NCBI RefSeq assembly: GCF_900090215.1
Contig: NZ_LT594522.1
Coordinates: 1 to 32,000 of the forward strand
Length of the DNA stretch: 32,000 nt
Reading direction: 5' to 3'
Source: a secondary endosymbiont of Trabutina mannipara
GTDB lineage: Bacteria > Pseudomonadota > Gammaproteobacteria > Enterobacterales > Enterobacteriaceae
Positions 1 through 9,804 of this stretch are shown here, one piece after another (position 1 is the first letter of the stretch; every line of letters begins with the position of its first letter). The position numbers and the translations under genes are program-made. The notes under the pieces were generated by a model. That model was not told the origin of the DNA. It did no database searches and worked only from the letters and a program-made list of their open reading frames with translations.

Positions 1-56
1 ATTATATAATAATATAATATATAAGAATATTATATAATAATATAATATATAAGAAT
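1..56. repeat. Perfect tandem duplication of a 28-bp unit (attatataataatataatatataagaat x2)
   Basis: Positions 1-28 and 29-56 are identical when read directly. Confidence 0.9.
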
Positions 57-64
57 AATATAAT

Positions 65-127
65 ATCTAATATAATAGATATAATATAATAGATATAATA
101 TAATAGATATAATATAATAAATATAAT
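65..127. repeat. Tandem array of a 14-bp unit (atataatataatag), about 4.5 copies
   Basis: Copies lie at 65-78 (13/14), 79-92, 93-106 and 107-120 (13/14), with a partial copy at 121-127. Confidence 0.85.
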
Positions 128-159
128 TTTATCTTAAAGATAATTTTTGATAATCTTTC

Positions 160-525
160 TTAAAAAGTTAAGATAACATTATATTTAGATAAATAATGAC
201 GTAGATATTTAGCTGATAAAAACTCAAAATCTAATATATATTCAATATTTGAATTTAAACCACGTTCCATTGCAGAATCAGCACACATATATATTTGATT
301 AATATCATATATTGATAAAATACTAAATTTAACAGTAAAATTTTTAGCTAAAATTTTAGCTGGTTGTTGTTTAGATAAAAGTAATAATACTCCGTCAGAA
401 ATAAAAAATACACCTATTTTATTAGATTTAGATAAGGATGAAATTGCTAATAATAAATCAAGTCCTTCACTACTTGAAGTATTTCCATATGGTCCATTAG
501 TAAAAATAAAAGCGATACTCTTCAT
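160..525 (-). CDS. tusC: Sulfurtransferase complex subunit TusC (DsrF family), for 2-thiouridine tRNA modification
   Basis: The 121-aa ORF aligns end to end with my recollection of E. coli TusC (MKRIAFVF...FFIADGV...YDVILRF versus MKSIAFIF...FFISDGV...YNVILTF). It lies directly downstream of tusD, as in E. coli. Confidence 0.85.
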   Translation of the reverse strand: MKSIAFIFTNGPYGNTSSSEGLDLLLAISSLSKSNKIGVFFISDGVLLLLSKQQPAKILAKNFTVKFSILSIYDINQIYMCADSAMERGLNSNIEYILDFEFLSAKYLRHYLSKYNVILTF

Positions 526-603
526 CTAACTATAACTTAACTTAGTTTTATTCCTATAAACCTATTTTATTCCTATTCAAACAAAACTATTATTAAATAT
601 TGA

Positions 604-1002
604 TTAAAATTGAATAAAACGATCACAAAAAAATAATGCTTGTGCAAAATAACTTAAACTAACAAGGTTAAAATAATTTTGAAAATTACCAATTTTATTT
701 TTTTTATTAAGCATAATTGTTTGTTCTGTTTTAACAAGACCTCGTCTTATTGCAGCAGAAACACAAATATCTAATCTTATTTTATATTTTTTTGCAAGTT
801 CACACCAAGCTAGTATTAGATCTATTTCATCAATAGCGGAAGTAATTAAACTATTAGCATTATTTACTCCATTTTGATAAAAAAATATAGTACTAATATG
901 ATTATTAGATTCTAATAGTGTTTTAGTAAATTGTAGTGCAATAATAGAATTTTGTTTTTCATAAGCGGTAGCAGTTATCATAATGCAATAATTTAAATTC
1001 AT
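604..1002 (-). CDS. tusD: Sulfurtransferase complex subunit TusD (DsrE family)
   Basis: The 132-aa ORF carries the motifs FFYQNGVNNAN, ICVSAAIRRG and CDRFIQF. These match E. coli TusD (FFYREGVYNAN, ICVAAALRRG, CDRVVQF). Confidence 0.85.
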   Translation of the reverse strand: MNLNYCIMITATAYEKQNSIIALQFTKTLLESNNHISTIFFYQNGVNNANSLITSAIDEIDLILAWCELAKKYKIRLDICVSAAIRRGLVKTEQTIMLNKKNKIGNFQNYFNLVSLSYFAQALFFCDRFIQF

Positions 1003-1020
1003 TTGTTCTCATTTGTTATA

Positions 1021-1076
1021 TTTGAATTATGATATTATTTATATTTTATTTGAAATATGATATTATTTATATTTTA
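1021..1076. repeat. Tandem duplication of a 28-bp unit (27/28 identical) in the tusD/tusA divergent spacer
   Basis: tttgaattatgatattatttatatttta (1021-1048) is followed by tttgaaatatgatattatttatatttta (1049-1076). A separate 23-bp direct repeat, ataatatgttaattttaatgtta, occurs at 1113-1135 and 1147-1169. Confidence 0.85.
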
Positions 1077-1228
1077 TATTAGTGATTTTATTAAAATATT
1101 GATATTATTAAAATAATATGTTAATTTTAATGTTATATTTAATGTTATAATATGTTAATTTTAATGTTAATTAAATAAAAAATAAATTTTAAATTTTTAA
1201 TTTTTAATGTTTTTTTAATTTTTTATTT

Positions 1229-1471
1229 ATGTTTGATACTGATCAAATTTTAGATGTTTGTGGTTTATTTTGTCCAGAACCACTAATAATGGTACGTAAA
1301 ATTGTACGTAATATGAAAGATGGACAAACTTTGCTAATTATAACTGATGATTTAGCTACAGTTAGATATATTCCTTATTTTTGTCATTTTATGAAACATA
1401 CTTTATTAGAAAAAAAAGTAGACTATTTACCCTATCATTTTTTTTTAAAAAAAGGAATCAATAAATCATAA
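1229..1471 (+). CDS. tusA: Sulfur carrier protein TusA (SirA/YhhP)
   Basis: The 80-aa ORF contains the CPEP active-site motif (GLFCPEPLIMVRKIVRNM...LLIITDD). This matches E. coli TusA (GLRCPEPVMMVRKTVRNM...LLIIADD). Confidence 0.85.
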   Translation: MFDTDQILDVCGLFCPEPLIMVRKIVRNMKDGQTLLIITDDLATVRYIPYFCHFMKHTLLEKKVDYLPYHFFLKKGINKS

Positions 1472-1555
1472 TTTTTATTATAAATTTATTTTGACAATTT
1501 AAACATTTATAGCATATTAATTTTTATTACAAAACAGAATAATAATGAGGGTTAT

Positions 1556-1870
1556 ATGTACGCAGTTTTCCAAGCTGGTGGAAAACAACACCGAGTAGTT
1601 AAAAATCAAATTATTAGAATTGAGAAATTGAATATTTTAGTGGATAAAATAATTGAATTTAATCAAATTATAATGATTGTTAATCATCCTAAAATTCAAA
1701 TTGGTAATCCTTTTCTTATAAAAAGTAAAATTATAGCTAAAATAATTGCTCATGGACGTTATAATAAAATTATGATTATAAAATTTAATCGTCGTAAACA
1801 TTATCGTAAACATATTGGTCATCATCAATTATTCACCGATATTAAAATATCAGATATTGTAGAGAATTAA
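1556..1870 (+). CDS. rplU: 50S ribosomal protein L21
   Basis: The N-terminus MYAVFQAGGKQHRV is a canonical L21 start. The ORF is 104 aa and is followed 3 nt later by rpmA, the conserved rplU-rpmA-obg order. Confidence 0.92.
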   Translation: MYAVFQAGGKQHRVVKNQIIRIEKLNILVDKIIEFNQIIMIVNHPKIQIGNPFLIKSKIIAKIIAHGRYNKIMIIKFNRRKHYRKHIGHHQLFTDIKISDIVEN

Positions 1871-1873
1871 TTC

Positions 1874-2131
1874 ATGGCACATAAAAAAGCAGGTGGTTCT
1901 ACCCGTAATGGACGTGATTCAAAAAGTAAACGTTTAGGAGTTAAGCATTTTGATGGAGAGATTATAAATGCTGGTAGTATTATTATTCGTCAACGTGGAA
2001 CTCATTTTCATCCAGGAAAAAATGTAGGATACGGAAAAGATTATACATTATTTGCTTTAATTTCAGGTACCGTTAAATTTAACAAAAAAGGACCTAAAGG
2101 TCGTAAATTTATTAGTATAATTGCTAATTAA
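1874..2131 (+). CDS. rpmA: 50S ribosomal protein L27
   Basis: [16 protein letters not shown]...RQRGT.FHPG is the canonical L27 signature. The ORF is 85 aa. Confidence 0.95.
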   Translation: MAHKKAGGSTRNGRDSKSKRLGVKHFDGEIINAGSIIIRQRGTHFHPGKNVGYGKDYTLFALISGTVKFNKKGPKGRKFISIIAN

Positions 2132-3160
<1,029 letters not shown>

Positions 3161-3254
3161 AAATTTTGATATAAAAGAACATCAAAATATCATAATTTAT
3201 ATGAAAATATTAAATTTTTTTTAAATTTTTAAATTAAAATTAAAATTAAAGTTC

Positions 3255-3279
3255 TCCTGCGGGCTTAAAGCCAGCAGGA
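3255..3279. terminator. GC-rich hairpin between convergent obgE and cspC, likely a bidirectional intrinsic terminator
   Basis: tcctgcgggc / ttaaa / gccagcagga forms a 10-bp stem with one mismatch and a 5-nt loop. Both flanks are A/T-rich (aaagttc before it and gatttaaaattt after). It is a clear GC island in AT-only spacer. Confidence 0.6.
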
Positions 3280-3334
3280 AGATTTAAAATTTAGTTAATT
3301 TATTTAATATTTAAAATACTTTAATCTTTAATAT

Positions 3335-3544
3335 TTAGATTGTAGTTACATTAATCGCTGAAGGTCCTTTTTGACCATCTTGAATTTCAAATTCTACATT
3401 TTGACCTTCAACTAAAGTTTTAAAACCATTACTTTGAATAGCAGAAAAGTGAACAAATACATCCTTACTACCATCATTTGGAGTAATAAAACCAAATCCT
3501 TTTGATTCATTAAACCATTTTACTTGACCTTTAATTTTTGCCAT
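3335..3544 (-). CDS. cspC: Cold-shock-domain protein, CspC-like
   Basis: The 69-aa [61 protein letters not shown] is almost identical to E. coli CspC as I recall it. It is closer to CspC than to CspE. Confidence 0.85.
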   Translation of the reverse strand: MAKIKGQVKWFNESKGFGFITPNDGSKDVFVHFSAIQSNGFKTLVEGQNVEFEIQDGQKGPSAINVTTI

Positions 3545-3810
3545 TTTTATATTTCCTTTTAATTATTTTAATCGCATTTTTGCGATAAAAAAGAAAAAAC
3601 TAAATTTTTTATAAAAATATAAATATACAAAAAAGTAATAAAATTATTTATATGTAAAATTTTATATTTTAAATATATAAAAATTATATCTAGTTTTATC
3701 TAACTGCGTTATCACATAATATGTAAATAATGGCAAGTGATTTTTAATCAAAGATTAATATTATTTTATTTATATTTATTATTTTTTACAATCATTAAGG
3801 ATTAATATTT

Positions 3811-4612
3811 ATGAATTATTTATGAAAATTATGTATTTTAGTAACAGGTATTGCTAATAATAGTTCAATTGCTTATTGTTTTGCTATATGAAAAGGTGCA
3901 TAGCTTGCATTTTCTTATCAAGAAATAAATTTAAATTAAGATTATAAAAATTTGCTGCTAATTTAAATTCTATTTTTAATTCTTTAATTCTATTTTTTAA
4001 TTTCTAGTATTACCATGTGATGTAACAACAAATACAAGTAGATACAAGTATTAAAAAATGATTTAATAGTCTTGCATATATTTGGGTAAAATTTGATTAT
4101 TTTGTACATTATATATCTTAATCTTATGTTCCTAAAACACAATTAGATAGTGACTATGTTAATTAATCGTGAAAGTTTTATTATTACACACGATATTAGT
4201 TCTTATAGTTTTGTAGTTATGGCTAAAGCTAGTAGGTCAATGCTTAAATCTTCTCTAATTACATTTGACTTCTATACATTTGACTTCTATAGGAGCTGAA
4301 CGTACTATTATAATGGGCTGAGGGCTGACTGAGTTAAATCATTATATGGCAATGCTATGGGTCCACATAATATTCAAATTAATGCTATTTATGTAGGTCA
4401 TGTACTTTATCTGCATTAGGTATAAAAAAAGTTTTTAAAATATATCTTATTATAAATCAGTAACACCCATTAGGAATTTAATTTGATGATATTGGTTTTT
4501 CTGCTTTTTATGTTCAAATTTATCAACAGGAATAACTGGAGAAATCATACATGTAGAAGATGGAGGTTTAAATTCAATTGCTATGATGAATTTATTAGAA
4601 TTTATTAGATAA
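3811..4612 (+). pseudogene. fabI: Enoyl-ACP reductase FabI pseudogene with many in-frame stops and frameshifts
   Basis: Recognisable FabI segments survive in shifting frames: ILVTGIANNSSIAY, LAFSYQ, HDISSYSFVVMAKA, GAERTI, VTPIR and TGEIIHVEDGGLNSIAMMNLLE. TGA, TAG and TAA codons interrupt the reading frame from codon 5 onward. There is also a 15-bp internal tandem duplication at 4261-4290. Confidence 0.85.
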
Positions 4613-4739
4613 ATAATTCATTTATTAAAAATAATTTATATCATTAGCTATTAAAATGAAATGCAATTTATTATTTTTTTTATTAGATTATTTAGATTAG
4701 AATTAAATTATTATAAATCTATATAAAAAAATAAAAAAT

Positions 4740-4769
4740 AGATTTAATTATAATAGATTTAATTATAAT
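4740..4769. repeat. Perfect tandem duplication of a 15-bp unit (agatttaattataat x2)
   Basis: Read directly at 4740-4754 and 4755-4769, in the spacer between the fabI pseudogene and the topA 3' end. Confidence 0.9.
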
Positions 4770-4908
4770 CTAATATTTAATTATATGTAATGTATTTAAT
4801 ATGTAATTAGTTTATAATTTTTAAAATTTTTTTGTTTTAAAAACTAAAACTAATGTACTCCATAAAATGAAAATAAAAATGTAAATAAAATATTACTATT
4901 ACATGATA

Positions 4909-7124
4909 CTAAAGTGTAGCTATATCGCTTTTACTTAAAATTTTTATGGTATTTTTACAAGTATCATTGATACACAACATATAATTTCCAAAACAACCTT
5001 GTTTTAAATACATATTATAGCTACATTTTTTACATTTTGTTGTTATAATATGATTTAAATTACTTTTTTTAATTTTATATCCATTACATAATGGATTTTT
5101 ACCACAAATATAAAAAATATTATGTTGACCGTAAATAATATAACAATCCATAATTGTATTGCAATTATGACAATATTGCTGAGGTAATAATATATCTTTT
5201 TTAAGATTAAAATTTTTAATTATATTTAAAATTTCTAATTTTGGAATTAAATTAATAGTATTTTTGCATTTTTCTTTTATATTCATAGTATAACTGGAAC
5301 AACCAAGAAAAACACCAGTACTAGTAGTACAAATCATCATTTTCTTTTTACAGATTGAACAATCAATATCAGTAATTACTGATTTATTTAATTGCATACC
5401 ACCATCTTTAGGATCTTTTTTAGCAATTTCTAATTTTTGTAAAAATTTTTTAAAAAAAATATTTAATACATTTTTCCAATATTGTTGATTAATAGCTATT
5501 AAATCAAGATTATTTTCCATTTTAGCAGTAAAATCATAACTAATTAATTCATTAAAACTTTCTTCTAATCTATCTGTTACTATTTCTCCTATTTTTTTTG
5601 CATAAAAACGATTATCTATTGTATGTACATATCCACGATTTTTAATTGTAGTGATAATTGATACATATGTAGATGGTCTACCAATACCTTTTTTTTCAAG
5701 TTCTTTTACTAAAGATGCTTCACAATAACGAACAGGAGGTTTAGTAAAACATTGATTAGGTATTAATTTAATAAGTTTTAATTTTTCTCCTATTTTTAAT
5801 ATTGGTAATATTTTATCGTTATAATGTTGGCCTAACAAAGGCATAATTTTAATCCATCCATCAAAAAGCAATGTTCTACCAGAAGTATGCAATTTAAAAT
5901 TATCAGCTTTTACAGTAATATTAATAAAATTATATTTTGCTGACATCATTTGACAAGCAATAAATTGATTAAATATTAAGTTATATAAGTTTTGTGCATC
6001 TAATTTTAGATTTTTTATTTTTTTTTCTGAGATAATATTAATGTAAGAAGGACGAATTGCTTCATGTGCTTCTTGAAGATTATTTTTATTAGTATATTTT
6101 CTTTCTTTTTTTGAAAGATAAGATTTTCCGAAAACTTTTAAAATATATTCACGTGCCATATTAATAGCATCTTGACTTAAATGAGTAGAGTCAGTACGCA
6201 TATAAGTAATATAACCAGCTTCATATAATTGTTGTGCTAATAACATAGTTTTTTTTATATTATAATTAAGACGAACATTAGCTGCTTGTTGTAGTGTGGC
6301 AGTAGTAAATGGTGCACTTGGTTTACTAAAAGTAATTTTTTCAAAACTATTAATGACAAAAAAATCTATTTTTTTTAATATATCTATTGCTAATTTAATT
6401 TTATTTTTATTTTTAGGTTTAAATATTTTTTCTTTTTTATGTGTTACTTGTAGTGTTAATGGTAAATTTTTAGAATTTTTTAGATAAGCATATAATTTAT
6501 AATATTCTTCTGAAACAAATGATTTAATTTTACGTTCTCTTTCTACTACTAATTTAACAGCTACTGATTGAACTCGTCCTGCTGACAAGCCACGTGATAT
6601 TTTTTTACATAATAGAGGAGAAATCATATATCCTATTATGCGATCCATAAATCTTCTTGTTTGTTGAGCATTTACATAGTTAATATTTAATTTTTTAGTA
6701 AATTTAAATGCTTTTATAATTGCATTATGGGTAATTTCATTAAATACTACTCTACTAAAATTAGTATTATTACCACCTATTACTTTACGTAAATGCCAAG
6801 CTATTGCTTCTCCTTCACGATCTAAATCAGTTGCTAAATAAATATGATTTACTTCTTTAGCAATTTTTTTTAATTCAATAATTATTTTTTCTTTACCAGG
6901 TAAAATTTCATATGAAGCATTCCATTCATTAAATGGATCAATTCCTATTTGATTAAATAATAATTTATGTGAATTTAATTTTGTTTTTTTTTATAATTTA
7001 AATTTTTTTGTGATAAATCACGGATATGACCAAAGCTAGATTTTACTATATATTCTTCTCCTAAATATTTATTTATTGTTTTAGCTTTAGCAGGAGATTC
7101 AACAATAACTAAGAATTTATTCAT
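4909..7124 (-). CDS. topA: DNA topoisomerase I, interrupted by a frameshift in an A9 tract, so either rescued by slippage or a very young pseudogene
   Basis: The ATG at 7124 opens [37 protein letters not shown]..., the TopA Toprim N-terminus, and this frame stops at codon 50 (6977-6975). A second frame opens at 6990 and encodes ...[20 protein letters not shown]...[17 protein letters not shown]...[10 protein letters not shown], running into the listed 579-aa ORF (4909-6648). That ORF carries the catalytic region and three Cys4 zinc-ribbon motifs. The span is 2216 nt, one short of a multiple of three. Confidence 0.88.
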
Positions 7125-7145
7125 TATAATTTTATTTACCTTTAT

Positions 7146-7369
7146 TCATAGCCTATAATCTACGAAATTCATGATTCCTTCTGGACGGATAACATTATAT
7201 ATACCATTAATTGAAATAATTTTTTTAAAAAGTTATTTTAAAAAAGCAGCTTTACCATCTTTAAGTTGCACACTATTTATACATTTATACGAAGTAAATA
7301 ATCAAAAATAGTTTTTCTGCCTTTTAGATAAGGTATGGGATGTACAAATTTACCCTTTGGGTTTATGAT
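7146..7369 (-). pseudogene. rluB: Short degraded relic resembling 23S rRNA pseudouridine synthase RluB (YciL)
   Basis: Minus-strand fragments GRKTIFDYL, LKDGKAAFLK and INGIYNVIRPEG..VDYRL resemble RluB segments GRPTVFDRL, LEDGPAAFKT and INQWYNVTLTEGRNREVRRL. The position between topA and trpE matches E. coli gene order. It is higher in GC than the surrounding spacer. Only about 70 codons remain and the frame is broken. Confidence 0.4.
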
Positions 7370-7576
7370 AAACTATCATACGATAAACTATATTTTAATT
7401 TTATAATATAAATTTAAAATATAAATTTTAAATTAATCTCAATACGATCACCTAAATTAGCTTTATAGCTTTATTTTTGTTTAAGAATGTCTTTGTTTTA
7501 AAATTTTTTATTTTTTTATACTAAATTTTTTATTGTAAATATGCTATTATAAATAAAAAATAATCTTAAAAGAAAA

Positions 7577-9154
7577 ATGTTAAATAATAATATAGAAGTT
7601 TTATATGCAAGAGCTAATTATAATACTAATTCTATAGCTATATTTAATAAATTGTGTGGTAATCGTCCTGCAACACTTTTATTGGAATCAGCTGAAATTG
7701 ATAAAAAAAATGATATTGAAAGTATAATAATAATTGATAGTGCACTACGTATTACATCTTTGGGTCAAACTGTTATAATTAAAGCTATAAGTAGAAATGG
7801 TTATGCACTATTATTACAATTAAAAAATATTTTACCTAAAACTATAAAAATAATTAATTATCAATTTAGTATGAAATTATTATTTCCATTAATTGACAAA
7901 AATCTTGATGAAGATGCTAGATTACGTTCGTTATCAGTATTTGATTGTCTACGTTCTTTACTAAAATTAGTAAACCAACCTCCAAATATGCCTAAAGCAA
8001 TGTTTTTTGGTGGATTATTTTCCTACGATCTTATATCAGTATTTGAAAATATACCAATTTTACAACAAAAACAGCATTGCCCTGATTATTGTTTTTATCT
8101 AGCTGAAACATTATTAACTATTAATCATCAGCAAAAAAACTGTGAATTACAGTGTAGTCTTTTTAGATCTAGTTTAACTGAAAAAAATCGTTTGCAACAT
8201 CGACTTAAAGAATTACAATATCAAATTAATCAATCACCAGAATTAATACAACATCAAATTATTGATAATATGAAGTTAACATACAACCATAGTAATGAAG
8301 AATATCGAAAAATTATACGTTGTATGCAACAAAAAATTATAAAAGGAGAAATTTTTCAAGTAGTACCATCACGACGATTTTTTCTTCCTTGTCCTTCAAC
8401 ACTTGCTGCATATTCTACATTAAAGAATATTAACCCTAGTCCATATATGTTTTATATGCAAGATAATGAATTTACTCTTTTTGGTGCTTCACCAGAAAGG
8501 TCTTTAAAATATGATCCTAATACAAGACAAATTGAAATATGCCCTATTGCTGGAACTAGGATACGTGGTCGTCATATTGATGGAACATTAGATGTTGATC
8601 TTGATAGCCGTATTGAGCTAAATATGCGTTCTGATCATAAAGAACTTGCAGAACATTTAATGTTAGTAGATCTTGCACGTAATGACTTAGCTCGTATTTG
8701 TGATCCAGGTACTAGATATGTAGCTGATTTAATTAAAGTTGATCGTTATTCTTTTGTCATGCATTTAGTTTCTAGGGTAATAGGAAAATTAAGATCTGAT
8801 TTAGATATGCTACATGCATATCTAGCTTGTATGAATATGGGTACACTTAGTGGAACACCAAAAATACGAGCAATGCAAATAATCGCTGAAGTAGAAGGTG
8901 AACGTAGGGGTAGTTATGGAGGTGCTATTGGTTACTTTACTGCTACAGGAATATTAGATACTTGTATTGTTATTCGTTCTGCTTATGTTGAGAATAATAT
9001 TGCTACTGTCCAATCAGGAGCTGGTATAGTATTGGATTCAATTCCACAAAATGAAGTTGATGAAAGTATTAATAAAGCTCGCGCTGTTTTACATGCTATT
9101 GCTACTGCACATGAAGCAAAGGATATTTTAAATGGCAGATATTTTACTACTTGA
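7577..9154 (+). CDS. trpE: Anthranilate synthase component I
   Basis: The 525-aa ORF carries chorismate-binding motifs ([43 protein letters not shown]) and matches E. coli TrpE in length. Its last 23 nt overlap trpG. Confidence 0.93.
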   Translation: MLNNNIEVLYARANYNTNSIAIFNKLCGNRPATLLLESAEIDKKNDIESIIIIDSALRITSLGQTVIIKAISRNGYALLLQLKNILPKTIKIINYQFSMKLLFPLIDKNLDEDARLRSLSVFDCLRSLLKLVNQPPNMPKAMFFGGLFSYDLISVFENIPILQQKQHCPDYCFYLAETLLTINHQQKNCELQCSLFRSSLTEKNRLQHRLKELQYQINQSPELIQHQIIDNMKLTYNHSNEEYRKIIRCMQQKIIKGEIFQVVPSRRFFLPCPSTLAAYSTLKNINPSPYMFYMQDNEFTLFGASPERSLKYDPNTRQIEICPIAGTRIRGRHIDGTLDVDLDSRIELNMRSDHKELAEHLMLVDLARNDLARICDPGTRYVADLIKVDRYSFVMHLVSRVIGKLRSDLDMLHAYLACMNMGTLSGTPKIRAMQIIAEVEGERRGSYGGAIGYFTATGILDTCIVIRSAYVENNIATVQSGAGIVLDSIPQNEVDESINKARAVLHAIATAHEAKDILNGRYFTT

Positions 9155-9710
9155 TAATATTGATTCATTTACTTATAATTTAGTAGATCAGCTTCGTGCC
9201 TCTAATCATAGAGTGATAATTTATCGAAATAATCTTCCTACTTTTTTTATTATAAAAGAAATTTTAAAAATTAAAAATCCAATTTTAATTTTATCTCCAG
9301 GACCAGGAATTCCTTCTCAAGCTGGTTGTATGTTAGAATTACTTACAAAGTTACGTGGTAAATTGCCTATAATAGGAATTTGTTTGGGACATCAAGCAAT
9401 AATTTTATCTTATGGAGGATATATTGTTCAAGCAGACGAAATAATACATGGTAAAGCTTCTTTAATTAATCACGATAATCAAGATATGTTTGCTGGGATG
9501 TCAAATCCACTTTTAGTAGCACGTTATCATTCTTTTATAGGAAAAGATATACCATCATCACTAACTATCAATGCTAATTATAATAATATAGTTATGGCAA
9601 TACGTAATAATAATGATAGAATATGTGGTTTTCAGTTTCATCCTGAATCTATTTTAACTACTCAAGGAACTCATTTATTAAATAATACAATTTTATGGGC
9701 TCTTTCGTAA
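9132..9710 (+). CDS. trpG: Anthranilate synthase component II (glutamine amidotransferase only, no fused phosphoribosyltransferase domain)
   Basis: [22 protein letters not shown]...SPGPG.PS.AGCM...GICLGHQAI...[10 protein letters not shown] matches residues 1 to about 195 of the E. coli bifunctional TrpG-D protein. The ORF stops at the domain boundary after 192 aa. Confidence 0.92.
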   Translation: MADILLLDNIDSFTYNLVDQLRASNHRVIIYRNNLPTFFIIKEILKIKNPILILSPGPGIPSQAGCMLELLTKLRGKLPIIGICLGHQAIILSYGGYIVQADEIIHGKASLINHDNQDMFAGMSNPLLVARYHSFIGKDIPSSLTINANYNNIVMAIRNNNDRICGFQFHPESILTTQGTHLLNNTILWALS

Positions 9711-9804
9711 AAAATTAATAATTAGTAATAAAATTAACAGTTGTTTAAAATATTATTCAAATTTTATTTGAAATACGTAATTTTTTAAAAGGATTTTAAA
9801 ATAG

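Noticed and set aside
1-130. The possibility that the repeat arrays at 1-127, and the other tandem repeats, are CRISPR arrays or mobile-element ends.
   Set aside because: The units are directly adjacent with no unique spacers, are only 11-28 bp and mostly two copies. No cas, transposase or integrase genes are present, and no inverted terminal repeats flank any gene.
1637-1828. A set of 61-98-aa ORFs listed in the track: 1637-1828(-), 2300-2500(-), 6296-6487(+), 8983-9168(-), 10245-10460(-), 11825-12010(-), 21043-21234(-), 24825-25040(-), 25619-25840(-), 26108-26404(-), 30066-30335(+).
   Set aside because: Each lies entirely antisense to, or out of frame within, a strongly supported conserved gene (rplU, obgE, topA, trpE, trpC, trpB, cca, rpoD, the MscS-like gene). 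Their translations are low-complexity, rich in I/F/N/K/S, and have no recognisable motifs. Such shadow ORFs are expected by chance.
3811-4612. The possibility that TGA codons in fabI reflect UGA-to-Trp recoding (genetic code 4), as in some tiny symbiont genomes.
   Set aside because: All other genes give full-length orthologue-sized ORFs under the standard code. fabI also contains TAA and TAG stops plus frameshifts, and the TGA positions do not align with Trp in E. coli FabI.
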